The position numbers were made by a program, and so were the translations under genes. Below, in pieces: positions 1 to 13,619 of a DNA stretch of 64,000 nucleotides. How positions within the stretch are numbered: position 1 is the first letter of the stretch; each line of letters starts with the position of its first letter. Under the pieces are notes generated by a model. It saw only the letters and a program-made list of their open reading frames with translations, was not told the DNA's origin and ran no database searches. The stretch comes from Eledone cirrhosa (Eukaryota): contig OZ024742.1 of assembly GCA_964016885.1 (NCBI GenBank), forward strand, positions 281,108,001 through 281,172,000. Reading direction: 5' to 3'.

Positions 1-65
1 CATTATAATTTTAAAGGATTGTAAATAAAACGAGTAAATCAGACAGAGTTGGAATTCCTTTTATT

Positions 66-68
66 AAT

Positions 69-150
<82 letters not shown>
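66..150. repeat. (TA)n microsatellite
   Basis: Near-perfect TA run; similar runs at ~353-390, 467-506, 4090-4170 and 4610-4662. Confidence 0.95.
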
Positions 151-153
<3 letters not shown>

Positions 154-350
154 TGTGTGTATATAATTTCACCAGTCCTCCTGTCATTTTACTCAATAAT
201 AATTAACTCCGTTCTCGCACCACCAACAAGTTTCAATATAAACGAAGATGGATGAGTTGCATTTGTCTGGTACTTTTCCTAATATTACATCACGGTTGAC
301 TATACGGAATGACCAGTTCTATCTAGTGATGAACCAACAAACCTAAATGA

Positions 351-392
<42 letters not shown>

Positions 393-464
393 ACTAAAGT
401 CTTAGTTTATTCCAGAAATAGCCGTCGAAACGGCTTGAGCTCTGCCGTCGGGGTCATACTTTCT

Positions 465-507
<43 letters not shown>

Positions 508-508
508 T

Positions 509-633
509 AGAAAGTATGACCCTAACGGCAGAGCTCAAGCCGTTTCGACGGCTATTTCTGGACTAAACTAAGACTTTAGTCCAGAAATAGCCGTCGAAAC
601 GGGTTGAGCTCTGCCGTCGGGGTCATACTTTCT
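509..633. mobile_element. Palindromic foldback/MITE-like element (~59 bp arms), plus an extra arm copy at 391-466
   Basis: agaaagtatgaccc...tttctggactaaa / ctaagac / tttagtccagaaa...gggtcatactttct forms a near-perfect hairpin next to (TA)n. Confidence 0.6.
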
Positions 634-1980
634 CCTATTGCCCACTCTACTACCCTAAATATTGAGTACTCTGGTGTGTTATGGTCCATCTGGTTCCTTA
701 CCACAACTCCTTCGTTTATAGACATGTAGACATACATCTACACATACATATATATTGTAGTAACATGTGCTGCAACTTAGATGTACTGCTGCCTCTTGTT
801 TTCCCTTCTCTATCGGTAGGTCTTTCTTTTTTTTTTGTCGTTCTCTTCGTTACCGTCTGTGTTTTCTTTTTTTTTGTTTTATTTCTTTTTTGTCTTCTTT
901 TCCACTGATAGCCATCTCTCTTAGTTTTCAACTCACTGTGGTGAGATGTACTGTCTTCAATGCGTTAGAAATATCAGTGATCCAGAGAAGACAACCCATG
1001 AGTGGAAATTTTCCTTGTGTCTATGTCTTAGATAATATTTTGCCTTGTGCACGGCAGATTGTCTGACATACGTACTCTGGCAAGTTTGCAGCATACTATA
1101 ATGAATAGTGACTACTACAGCCGGGTGTTTTTCTCAAATTTCTCAGAGACCATCAGAATAGGAACAAGAGGGGCCAGATGGCGAGATGAATTCGAACCGT
1201 AATTAAATACCAGTATGTTTCACCATAACCATTTCAAGTTATAGCGTCATAGCTATATTAGCGCACAGTAATGTGTTTCGAGTTTACCTAAGGTTCTGTG
1301 GGACATGTCTCCCACCTCATCGTACATGTCAACATATCAATATACTTTCATTTTTCTACTGTAATGCTTGTTAGTATTTATTCTTTACAAATTAATTTCT
1401 ACTTATTTTTCCCTACTTAATGTTTATTATTCATTCATCCTTCCCAGCACGCTGTTTCTTGCTTGTTGTTTACCCCGTGTACTTCGCTTTCGTGTTCTCG
1501 CCAACGCATAGCTCCCGCGGCTAATAATAGATATCATAATGATTATGATGAATAATAAAGAAAGTATGATGAACATTCAGAAATGGCCATAGAATAACCA
1601 CACGAACGGAATTGAAAGCTTCTTGAATTGAAATATTAATTAGAAAACATCAAAATTTTACAGAAGAATTAAAGAGTGCCAGGGGCTAGTTTAGGGTTTA
1701 TATACAACTTTCTAAATTGTTATATACACTAATTTATATAATTCATTCAAGTTCACACACACATAAAAGAATAATAATTAGAATGTTTATACAACCCCAT
1801 CAAATTCAGTTGTACGTAAACGAAGTACTTTTCCGAAAGTCAGCTGAAGTAGTGTTATATAAACAATTAATTTAATTTGGTAGACTTTAACAACACTGAA
1901 CGTAAGAAACATATACTAGCTTTGAATTATTTCATGTGTCAGTACCAAATTAGCCAGGTATATCAAGTGTTAGCTGATTA

Positions 1981-2043
1981 ACAGTGATCATCTAGTGGGT
2001 AGGACTCTAGGTGGTAGGTCAGGTTTGTTTCCTAGTCACTGCA
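1981..2043 (+). pseudogene. Degenerate tRNA-His-like pseudogene (internal deletion)
   Basis: acagtgatcatctagtgggtaggactc...cctagtcactgca resembles metazoan tRNA-His GCCGTGATCGTCTAGTGGTTAGGAC...CCTGGTCACGGCA. Confidence 0.55.
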
Positions 2044-2466
2044 GCTACTACCAATTATTTCATTTACTTTTTAGAATTAATGTTTAGAGAAATGAATACA
2101 TAAATAGATAGATATGCAATGCTTTTCTCAGTTTTTGTGTTTTCTGGTTATCATTAGAAAGGTTTGCGTGATGGATATTAAAGAAAGAACGGATCGGATA
2201 AAGGAAGAATTAAAAATACCGTAGGCTAGATTAAGATTTGTATACACATTTTTGAATAGTTTTGTACATTGATTTATAAAATTCGTTCAATTTCTGATGT
2301 ACATAAATAGAATAATATTTCAGAAACCAGCTGATGCAGTGTTATATAAATAATAAGAATATATCTTTGTAGAGTTTGACAACACACAACGTAAGAAACA
2401 TATGTTAGACAACATCTTTCAAATGCCAGTATTAAATTGGCAAACGTTGGTAAATGTTAACTGATG

Positions 2467-2539
2467 GCTGTGAGTTTCTGGTGTTTAGGATCCACACGTT
2501 ATGTCCGTGGGAACCCAATTTCGAATTTTCTTCTCAGCA
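2467..2539 (+). pseudogene. Degenerate tRNA-His-like pseudogene
   Basis: gctgtgagtttctggtgtttaggatccacacgttatgtccgtgggaacccaatttcgaat aligns by eye over the full length of tRNA-His (CCACGTTGTGGCCGTGGTAACCCAGGTTCGAAT). Confidence 0.6.
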
Positions 2540-3303
2540 GATAATATAAATAATTTAATTTTTCTTTCAAATTGATTGTTAAATAAGAAAATAGATATGC
2601 AATACATTTTTCATTTCCTGTAGTTTTATACCCCCAAAAGTTTGCTTTTAGGATATCAGTAAAAGAAAGATACAACATCAGATTTATGTAAACGAAGTAA
2701 TTAAACAATGTTGTTGGTTGATTTAAAGGTCTTATAGTACTTCCTAAGTTGTTTCTTACATCGATTTGTACACTTTCATCAATTCGGTTATACAAATATG
2801 AATATTATTAGAATATATACGCCAATCCTGATAATAATCTTTGAAGAGCCAACAAAAATGTTATATAAAGTATCATTTTTACAAAACTGACTGTACAAAA
2901 CATATACACGTTCTAATATATTTCTTTTTATTTATCTATAAATATATAGATAAATAGATAGGTCGTATTACATCTTCGTGTATCATGGTTATAGCGAGAA
3001 AAGAGATGTATCATTGAAGGAAAAGGCCAACTTCAGATATGTGCAAACCAAAAGAATTAAACAATTCTGGCGGCTAGATTTAGTGTTATATACAACCTTG
3101 TAAATAGGTTTATACATTGATTTATATACTCATTTAACTTCAGATGTACACGAATGAAATATTTCAGAAGCCAGGTGAATCAGCGTTAAATAAACAAAGA
3201 TAATATCTCTTTGTAGATTTTTCACAACACAAAACACAAACAACATCTATTAGCTAACATATGTATCTATTATTATACTTGAATTAATAAATATTTTCTG
3301 ATA

Positions 3304-3337
3304 GCTGTGGTCATCTAGTGGTTAGTATCCCAAGTTG
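3304..3337 (+). pseudogene. 5' half of tRNA-His-like pseudogene, truncated at the anticodon loop
   Basis: gctgtggtcatctagtggttagtatcccaagttgt, followed directly by an inverted-repeat element. Confidence 0.5.
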
Positions 3338-4090
3338 TAAATATATCGCTTACTGCTGGAAGTATGAGGTCAGGACGTTAAAGTGACCCACACATAAACA
3401 GGCCGTTAGTAAAAGCCGGAATATTATAGACCAAACTGTGAGACGTTACGTCCTATAGAATGGAAATAGCTATCTGAAGAGCTGATCTTTCCGCTGGAAA
3501 TTCTCTGAATTTCCAATCTTTTGTGAAGCGAAACCATCGGTAATAGCATTTTGGACAGGTGAATATTTAAATCGTATTTTAACTTATTTAAAAGATTGTT
3601 TAATGTTTGCTTGTTCCGCTCATCTCAATTTTATAGTTCTGGTATCTCAAATTAGTACCATTGAACAACAAATGTATTATAGACACCCTATATATTGCCG
3701 TAGGTACTTAGTACCTGTGGGGATATTAATCTCATTGTATGTATATTCTCCATGTGTGTAGAGAACAAAACGTTGTATGTTGTTGCTATTTTTAGTGGCG
3801 TGGCAAACAACAAGTCTATAATATTCCCGCTTTTACTAACGGCCTGTTTATGTGTGGGTCACTTTAACGGCTTGACCTCATACTATCTGGCAGTAAGCGA
3901 TATATTTACAAACTGTGAGACGTTACGTCCTATAGAATGGAAATAGCTATCCGTTGGTAATTCTCTAAATTTCCAATCTTTTGTGAAGCGAAACCGTCGG
4001 TAATAGCATTTTGGCAGGTGAATATTTAAAGCGTATTTTAATTTCTTTAAAAGATAGTTTAATGTTTGCTTTTTCCGCTCATCTCAATTG
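3334..4090. mobile_element. Inverted-repeat element (IR 3334-3431 / 3814-3911) with direct duplication (3432-3630 / 3909-4090)
   Basis: ttgtaaatatatcgcttactgc...atattatagac is reverse-complemented at 3814-3911; caaactgtgagacgttacgtcc...catctcaatt is repeated directly. Confidence 0.7.
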
Positions 4091-4092
4091 TA

Positions 4093-4170
<78 letters not shown>

Positions 4171-4612
4171 GTTCACTCTGAATCCGAGAATCATCCGGTT
4201 TCCGAAATAGAATATTATTCTACGACTCCATTTATACCATAAACGTGGTTTTGTCTTTTTGTGTAATTGCTCTCATTGTCCACATAACGACCTATTATCT
4301 TCGCTTTTTTCCGTTTATAGCCAGGGAACATCTTCACGAACCAAAGTATGGTATTCTTGTTTTCCTTCGGCTGCAACGTTTTCAAAATATTTACTTCTGC
4401 GTTCGCAGATTGATTTTTTTAGTTTCAGACAATCCCGTTAAGGGTGAAATCAGCGATTATTTGCTTTAATTTTAATCTGTTATTTTAATAAATATTTGGT
4501 CTAGGGTTCTTATATATTTGATATATATTTATCATTATTGAGCCCTCTTTGGATTTTAGTCTTCATATTTATTATTATTACTATATATATATGAAATGAA
4601 AGCATGAGTATG

Positions 4613-4666
<54 letters not shown>

Positions 4667-4890
4667 TATTTGTGTGAAAACAATGAAAATATATATAAAA
4701 GTATGGAATATTTATCTCTCTCTAGCCCCAGCCTCTCTCTATCTCTCTCTCTCTCTCCTAAATGAAACAGTTCTATTCCTGGAGAAGCCTTTTCTATATT
4801 AAATATATATATATATTTATATATATATATATTTATATCAATCTAAGTATGCACACGTACACACGTATATATATATACACACACACACGT

Positions 4891-4964
<74 letters not shown>

Positions 4965-4966
<2 letters not shown>

Positions 4967-5520
4967 CTTATTTTACGTCTTTCATATAATTGTTCTGCAT
5001 CCTCCTGCATTGAACCACCTAGGTACTATGACATAACTTATTTGCTAGCATTAGTGTACATCTGTACGCATATGTTGGTAAATGTACTAATTCTCTATAT
5101 TTATCTCCAAATTATTTATTTGTTGAGCAAACCTGCCAAATCCACTACTAACTCATTGTAGTGGTAGTAGGCTTTTGTCATTTTACCACCCCACTCCTTC
5201 CGACTAGCCTCAGTGTCACGTGATTGATTCTTTAGAATCTGCTATTTGACCAGAGACAGTGAACTTTTTCAGTGCTTTGAAATTCAGTCCCCGCTAGCTG
5301 TTCCATCCACCGAATTATTATTATTTTTATATGAATCCCTAGTGTCCGCGCATTGCCTCGAGACTTAGCTGAGAATAGACTCCCTGATGACGTAATGAAT
5401 TCTCGACGGTTACATTGCGTAACTATCTTTATCCCATTACAGAAACTAATTAGTTGGAGTGAAAATTTTAGTAAGTAAGTTAATTTTTACTTTTTTAAAT
5501 GTTCTTATTTTACGTCTTTC

Positions 5521-5525
<5 letters not shown>
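4965..5525 (+). mobile_element. ~537 bp unit bounded by a 24 bp direct repeat and containing a hammerhead motif (Penelope pLTR / retrozyme-like)
   Basis: ttcttattttacgtctttcatata occurs at 4965-4988 and 5502-5525; non-coding; lies between microsatellites. Confidence 0.5.
5379..5460 (+). ncRNA. Putative type I hammerhead ribozyme
   Basis: actcc CTGATGA c-gtaatg [loop] cattac-a GAAA c-taatta-g TT ggagt: stem I actcc/ggagt, core boxes, stem II gtaatg/cattac, palindromic stem III, GUU triplet. Confidence 0.6.
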
Positions 5526-5551
<26 letters not shown>

Positions 5552-6209
5552 CTTCGTTTGCAAACAAACGGCCCGATTAAAGCTGCGCCGTGCCGATGAT
5601 AAATCATCATCTGTTCGCTCAACACTGTCATTAAGGAACAATGAACATGTTTCTGGATCATTACCCTTCATCTGGACTGTACAGCTCTGCCAATCTGTTG
5701 AAAGGTTGAAAATAAAAGATTTTTCAGAAGAACACATCGACTGAGTAGCCTCATTTGCATACCGAGCGAGTTACGGCTAACCGTGTCGAAAACTAAAAGT
5801 ATATGTGCGTGTATGTCTATGCGTCTGTGTGTATATATGTATACGTGTGTATGTGTGTATATGCATGTCTGTGTATGTATGTATGTATGTATGCATTTAG
5901 ACACGGTATAATGTTTCTGAAGTTCACGAATTTGAGATGTTGCATTCAGTCCGACCACGTTGCATCTTCTGCAAGAGTCTATAGCAGAGTCCATGAGATT
6001 TATTTGAAGCTATGAGAATGAATATATAGATATACATTTATGTGTGTGACAATGTAAACATGTGTTATTTATATCTTTCTTTAGTTGGAGTCACGGTATA
6101 TCAGTTGTCTAAATCTTCAGCAATCGACAGTGAAATATATTACTAATGGGTGTATAAAGTCACAAAATATGGTAGTGGAATACCTCTTCCTCGGATTCGA
6201 TGACGATCT

Positions 6210-6460
6210 TTCGGGACAGCCTACTCGTGGAATTAACCTGTAAGTAGTTGAGCTTCCCCTAGACACGCATACTTAAAGCATAATTTTGAGGAGAATTCAG
6301 TGTGACATGCTGTGTGACAAGACTTGGTCTTTGGTTAACAGACACAGTGCATCTGAAGAGCATCCGAATACATTTAATCTATCGAATTTCACTCACAATT
6401 TATGGATCGACTCGAGGTTATAGTAAAGATGCCATGCTGCGGAATCTCACCTGGCACGAA
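6210..6460. mobile_element. Old SINE-like dispersed repeat fragment (related copy ~10950-11200)
   Basis: Degenerate motifs shared by the two loci (tcag..tgaca...gtgtga.aag; ga.(t/c)cga.g.tat.gtaaa...agatgcc). Confidence 0.3.
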
Positions 6461-7650
6461 ATAATTAAATATTATTAGCACTGTGTGCTACTAGCTGCAA
6501 TGTTGTATTAAATAGTACAATAAGCAGATGAAATCTACTGTAATACATATCCGTACATATTCAATACGATATTCAACCGAAGGTTCCTATTTCACTCAAA
6601 ATTCACAGATAAATGGGCCAGTAACAGCAAACTGAATATACCAGCTTACATATATTGAGACAGCTGAAATATTGTATAAATACGTACCTGTACAAAATCA
6701 ATTCTCTATTTAACCGGAGCTGCGCAAATGTGTATTTACATAAATTCGACAGACTGACTCTGCAAACATGGGGCTAGAGTTGTGAACTCTTAAATGCCTT
6801 AATTTATATTCTTCTCATTACTAACTGCATTGTTTATTACTGGGGACTATGTTGAAAAACCAAACCTCATTCGGGCAATCCATGAGTGTTTCGTGGTCTG
6901 CTTATACATATATATGTGTAAGCTTGTAAACATGTCTTATTGTTTTAACTAGAATCGAAATTCAGTTGATATTTTTCACTATAAGGAGAAATAATACATA
7001 TAGCCTTAATATTTGAAGGCAAGGTTACAAGAACCGCAGGGGGAAGCTATGTTATGAGAAGATCTAATTTTATACAAAACACATATGCTAATGGCTAGCT
7101 TGCGAGATAGATAGATACGTGCCCTCAAACATACATGCATATTTAAAGGAATATATACATTCATATGTATATACATACACACGCATATACATATGCCTAT
7201 ATATATATATATATATGTATATGTATGTATATAAACATGTGTGTGTATGGGTGCAAATGTATATATATATATATATATATATATCATTGATAATTGTCAC
7301 AGTTGAAGTCTGTTGATGCTAATCTGTTTGATGATCTGAGTGGTAGATCAGGTTCTGTTGATAGAGTTCGTCATCATAGACATGAAAGTATATGAAACTT
7401 TCATTTGCCGTTCCTACGAAACATCTGTAAAACATAAATGTCATACAATGTCATTTACAAATTATGGCTTTATCTGATTTATCAGAGTAATGTGTCCACC
7501 GCAAAATAAACGTACAGTGTTTCTTAAAGAAGTTTCTAAAACGATTTTATAAGCTTATGGACGTACACACACTTTTTCAGCTAGTAAAGAAAGCAGTCAT
7601 TTCTGCTCGTCGTTTTGTGAGACGTAGTTATTGAAATATTTACAGCATGT

Positions 7651-7800
7651 AAGGTGGCCAATTGGCAGAGTCGTTAAAACGGGAAATTCTTTGCGGCATT
7701 GGGTTTCGGATTTTCTGCGGTCTCTGAGATCACATCCTGTCGAGTTCAACATTGCCATCATCTTTATAGGTCGATATCAATTTACCAGTCATGTATGAGA
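7651..7800 (+). mobile_element. Degenerate copy of the tRNA-derived SINE
   Basis: ggtggccaattggcagagtcgtta...tctgagatcacatcctgtcgagttcaacattgcc...ggtcgata...taccagt matches the SINE layout. Confidence 0.5.
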
Positions 7801-8224
7801 ACGATTCTGACTGGATATCTCTTCATTTTTACTCTCTTTCTCTCTCTCCTCTAGCAGAAGTCGACTGCATACAGACCAACAGAATGACGGGTTCCACCTG
7901 GCTTAAAGTGACCAAGAAGGGCTCTCACAACTCCAGCAGGTGTTACGGGTCCATATATTCATTGTATATATATCACGCTGCTTTGCCTAGAGGGTGCGTT
8001 GCAATATCTTTGATTCGATTCGAATAGCGGCTTAGTGACTGGAGTGAAATTTCGTGAGGATATGGCATCCCGTTCAGGGACAGGCTCGAGGTGTTCACTC
8101 CCAGTGACATAAAATCGCGTTCAGTAGCACTGTATGGAATCTTCTACATTAGCCTTATGGTTACAAATATCTTGTGAGTGGAAGTCGTAGAAGAAAATAA
8201 AAACTGTGTGGAAGCCTGCTGTTT

Positions 8225-8346
<122 letters not shown>

Positions 8347-10789
8347 CCATGGTTCGACGGAACGAAATTGTTAAAATAGATACCAGTCTTGAAGCAATTA
8401 ATTGCTGGCGTGGATGTGATCGACTAAATCCTATTAAGTAGGAGTCTCAAAAGACTAAAACAAAGTAAAAATATGAATACGACCTTTGCGTGTCGGACTA
8501 AAAGATAGAGCAATAGGATAGTGAATGATCACGACTAACATTGGATAATCCTTATATAAATACAAAATATCTTTGACATGTAGTTTAGTGATGGCGAGCG
8601 TACGTGATGTAGTGAGCCAAAAATAATTTTTATTTCAACTGATGCTGGAAGACATTACCAACTTTCTTTTGTGCGTGAACATTAAATATTTGATATGAAA
8701 CATTAAGTATGTTGATTTCAGAGTTCAACATTTTTTCAATACTTCAACATTAGATTTCTTTTCTGCTACGTTTTCCCATCACAAGTTTGAATGTTTCATA
8801 GTGTGATCTCTCTTTTTCACTTAATGTTTGTCCAAATAATTATACACTACGCTGAATTCGATTGTCACTTAAGAATGACTCCAAGGATAAATGATACTTG
8901 CACAGTCATAGAAATCATAGTTAGCTATCTTGTTATTCCACCAAAATGTTATTTTCACTTTCCCTGTACAAGTTTAAAGATATTTTACCATATTTCTTTA
9001 ACTTTCCTATTCAAGTAGAGGTTGGCTGTTTAGTGGATCGTGAAACCTGAATGTAATGTTGACAACATTAATTCTAAATCCTTCAGGTTCATGTTGCGTA
9101 ATAATATTTAGTTTTATTCAACCATTCTTTAAAATTTACAAACGAAATATTTCCGTCTTTATCACGCTTATAATCACTTAACATCATGGAATAACTTTTT
9201 TGAGGTGTTAAGTACCTGCATTCGTGTCATAGCTTTTCGTAAAACAAATATCCAAAGGGTTTAGTCTCTGTTTGTAACAGAGTGTCAAGAATATACACAT
9301 ATTCTTGAACAGGCTTATATCTTTCATGAAGGCAAATTTCGCATGTGTTTATCTCCTATGCAACTGTCTGTGAGTTTAACCCTTAGTAGAGTGTATGTAG
9401 ATATTATTCAATATATGATAGTGGATCTCTTCCCAAAGAAAACAAATCATAAACATATTTTTCCTTATTCGATGCTTTACTATGTTGCGTTGCTAAAAAT
9501 ACTTTGGGTGAAGTTTTGTAGATGGAAACTATAAGGAAGGTCCTTGTATGTGTAGTTCCTAAATTCATCAGCAATGAAGCCTGTTGTATATAAGTTTCCA
9601 AATCCATCATCAATGTTTGTATAATTTCAGTACCTTAAACCCACAGTAGACCAAATGAAAAGTAAAGACAATGCAGCCTTAAGACAAGCAACACGTATTT
9701 TCTCTCAATTTTCTCTTTTCTCCGCTTTCGTTTTTACTTTCATATTATTTTCTTTTTCTTTTCTCTCAAATCTACTCTCTTACCGCTTTTTATATATTCT
9801 GATGAACCACTAATCTCTTTAATATTGGGACGGCTTTCCAGCTATATCAAGCATTCAACTACTATATCATCATTGTATTGCATTGGGCTACTGTGTTGGC
9901 GGCTTTCCTGGTTGGCAGCTTTTCTTATATATGTTGGTATGTATATATATATATATATAGTGTCTGTGTATCTGTGTACATGTGTGTGTGCGTGTGTGTT
10001 TGCCTGCCCGTGTATGTATATATATAATTTTATATACATATTTACTTACTAGTGAGGATCTTTTTCCCACACCCTTGTTTAAACACAAAACCCATATATT
10101 TATTTCTGGCGAGAAAATGCATTGTGTTCTCCGTTTCTCTTTCCCCACATAAAGGTTTCATTAAAGATGGTTTATGAAAGTAGCAAAACAAGACTATAGT
10201 TGAACAAGGTCAAAACCTAATAGATTAGCCAGTATATATTGTTCAAGGGAGAAAAAGAATAGTACAGAGGCGCGACCTAACTCATAGTTCAGCAGCCGAT
10301 ATAAGTAGTACAAATGGTTTATGTATTTAAAATGTTAGTTCATTTTATTCGAATTATGTTGTCCTAACACCACATTTAAGCTTCAGCGTGATGTTCACAA
10401 GATCATGAAATAAATTGTCCTCTAAGTGACTCTTCCAAATACAAATATGGTTTCCATGTATTCTAAAACAGTTAAAACAAATGTAAATACAGTACTCTCT
10501 AAATGAATCCAGTAGCCATTTGAATAATTTCACTTTATTTTATTTTATGAACGTGAAACAACGAAGAAAATGAATTTCTTCTTTTGGAACACCAGTAAAA
10601 TATTTCAACCCGTCTATAGTTGAACAGATAGTACACAGTTCTACCACAGGTAGACTATTTGAATCCCCCATTCAGTTACTGACAGACAAACTGAGAATAA
10701 AATGAATAATTGTTATCTTTCCATTCTTCACTTTCATTCCCTTTCTCTCTCTGTTTTCAAATATGTTCCATATTGTGTATCGATATTTA

Positions 10790-10790
<1 letters not shown>

Positions 10791-10859
<69 letters not shown>

Positions 10860-10930
10860 CCACACACACACATACCCACAAATACATACACACACACACA
10901 CACCCCCACACACACACACAAACACACACC
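10791..10930. repeat. (CA)n microsatellite
   Basis: Direct inspection. Confidence 0.95.
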
Positions 10931-12331
10931 TACATACATTCTTCCCTAATATTAACGAGATGTAGATGAATATTTCAGACACGCTCCTCTTTAACAAATT
11001 CTCAAGTCAGCATGACACAGTGTGAGAAGTCTGACTCATTTGAATTAAAGGAATCATCCATCTGACGGAGTTCCACACAGTTTTAGTTTACTTAATATTA
11101 ATTCTGAAGCTTTCGTTTGACCCGAAGCTATGGTAAAAGACCAAGATGCCCACGATGTCACAGATGGCTCAAACTAGGAACATCAAGTCTTCTTGCAATA
11201 CCTGTGATCGCATCTTTTCAAAAACTGGACCAATGAATATTGAATGTTGTGAGGCACTAATTTTTACATAGTCAGTTTCAAAGATGATCCTTCATTTGCT
11301 CGATAAAATGAGCGGCCAATTAGAGAATCAACATATAAGCGGCTGATGATTATTTCAAATACACTTGGTATATCCTTAAAGTGATTCTCAAGCGAAATCA
11401 GCATATCACGTAGTAAAAAGAATCAAACCCAGAATGTCATGATTTCGAGATGAACTTCTTAAACCACTCTGCCATGCCTGTATCTATAACATATATGTGG
11501 AACTGGTTCAATACTGGAATATATTCGCATTTTATCTATTTCCATCCAGTATTTACAATGTTGTGCATCCTTAATATATTATAGAGTTTTAATATATTAC
11601 CGCGAGGACACATGTTCAGAACTAAAGTCAATGTGATGATATGCCTTATCAAACAAACTCATCCATATTTTTCCAATAAATGTGTAAAGTCTATGACTCA
11701 AATACGCAGTATCGATTTCTTCTTTTTCTAACGAAAAACTCCAAACTGAATAAGAAACGAAACATTTGTAGAGAGAGAATACATGTAGACAAATAAATCA
11801 ATTCCAATATACTGCTGATAATTATTTTAGCGATAACAAATCGATAAACAATCATTTATACATAGCTTTGTATTGAACTCATAGTTGTATATGAGAAGGA
11901 AGGTTAATAAAATAAACCACGAAAAACTAATATTCATCTAATATTTCATGACGAAATAGAAAAGTGAACGTGATATATAGATTAACTGCTGTGAAGAAAC
12001 ATGGGAATAGACACGATACGAATAGGCGGTTCTTTATCTACACAATAATATATACGTACACATATGTTAGTCTCTCTTTTTTTAATTTCGAATTCATTTT
12101 TTGCCTGGCCACCTTCCCGGAGGCAAGGTTGTAAAGAAATAAATTTCCGTCCGTCGTTTCTCTTGCAGTTATTCAACATTTTTTGAATAGATAGAATGTT
12201 TTTTTTACAGATATTGAAGGTGCCACGTGTCAGAACTCTTGTTGCTTTGTAGTGTATGAATTAAGGAGCTGCATTATCAAGAACACACGTTCTGTGACAG
12301 GTTGGTCAAGCGACTCAGTATATAATCTATA

Positions 12332-12504
12332 GGGCGGTGAATTGGCAGTATCGGTAGAGGGTCGGACGCCATGCTTTGACGTATGGAGTTACGGCCCTTG
12401 CCATTCTGAGTTCAACTTTGCCTTTCATCTTTACGGGGTCGATAAAATAAAGTACCAGTAATGCACTGGGTAATTGCTGGACTTGTGTCAAAAGTAGAAA
12501 CAAT
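12332..12504 (+). mobile_element. tRNA-derived SINE with 13 bp target-site duplication
   Basis: A-box-like tggcagtatcggtag and B-box-like gagttcaa; TSD tatataatctata at 12319-12331 and 12505-12517; at least four more copies in the window. Confidence 0.85.
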
Positions 12505-13619
12505 TATATAATCTATATTTCACTCTAAGACTAAGAGAAAAGAGTTTCATTACCAGCTTAGGTAACAATTCCATTACTTACTTTGGCCTTGTTCTAACAC
12601 TGGCTAAAATACTTTGAGTATATCTATCTCCACTGCTGAATAGGTTTCTAGATAGCAAAATTATCTACTACTTATAGAAAATTTTCTGAGCATTTGGGAG
12701 AGTACATTGACTAAGAAATCTTCCTGTTAACTACACCAGTGTACCTCTCATATATCCCGTCTACCTGCGTTGTCAGCCTACCTGCGACGCCGCTACCTCT
12801 CATGTGCAGCTATTGTCCATACTGGATACACCGTAAGAAGTTTCTATCTACACCCGTTAAGCATATTGAGAAAGACCATTTGTATATACGTAATTGCGTG
12901 TGTACGTATGTGCACGTATGTCTTACGTGCGTGCCTATGTCTTAACAACAATATCTGGTCGATGAGCCTATATCTACCTGTCAGTGTGTATTGGCATATT
13001 CTAGATTATTTATACTTTCTCATTTCTGCTGAAGACCCGCACCACTTTTTTTCTATTGGTATTTCAGAATAGTAGCATAACTTTCAGTGTACGTAAATCC
13101 CAACACTCATGTTTGTGGAGATATACATTATTGGCTAACAATCGATAGCTAATGACATTGTGATTAAGCGTTTCGTCACGATTTTCTCGTTTCGGATTAA
13201 GCTATGTGTCCTGCGCATCGTAGCCAGTGTTATGAATTTTCCCTATATACGTCCTCCCTATTCAATCTATTCGTGTATCGACCATATTGAGCTTTTCTTG
13301 CAATTGTTATAGCATGGCATCCCGAAAAATTCTTTTTAGTAAACATTTTAGCGTTTTCTTTATTTTCCCAGTAGTTTATCCATATTATATGCCTTTTTCG
13401 TAAATATCTGTCATTTCGCCTCCTGCTTTGTATGAGGCTTGCCCATTACTTTATTGTTATTATTTTAGCAGTATTTATTCTGTCTCTGCGTTTTGACTTC
13501 GAATCATATTTATCCGCGGTCGATAAAAAACATTTCTAGTCACATATAGGGTCCAATATAATCGGCATTCCCCTCCCCCATCAAAATTACTGACATTATA
13601 ATTTTATTATTATTATCAT

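Larger units (their letters stand above)
1660..3340 (+). repeat. Diverged tandem repeat, ~4 units (starts ~1662, 2203, 2695, 3051)
   Basis: Recurring motif (a/g)aagaattaaa...ggctagatt(t)a...tatatac...acattgatttata and aacacacaacgtaagaaacatat. Confidence 0.65.

Noticed and set aside
9798-9840. ctgatga possible hammerhead core
   Set aside because: No matching GAAA box or stems nearby.
12332-12420. Functional tRNA gene at SINE heads
   Set aside because: A- and B-box-like motifs are present but there is no cloverleaf; copies are dispersed with TSDs and a common tail, so these are SINEs.
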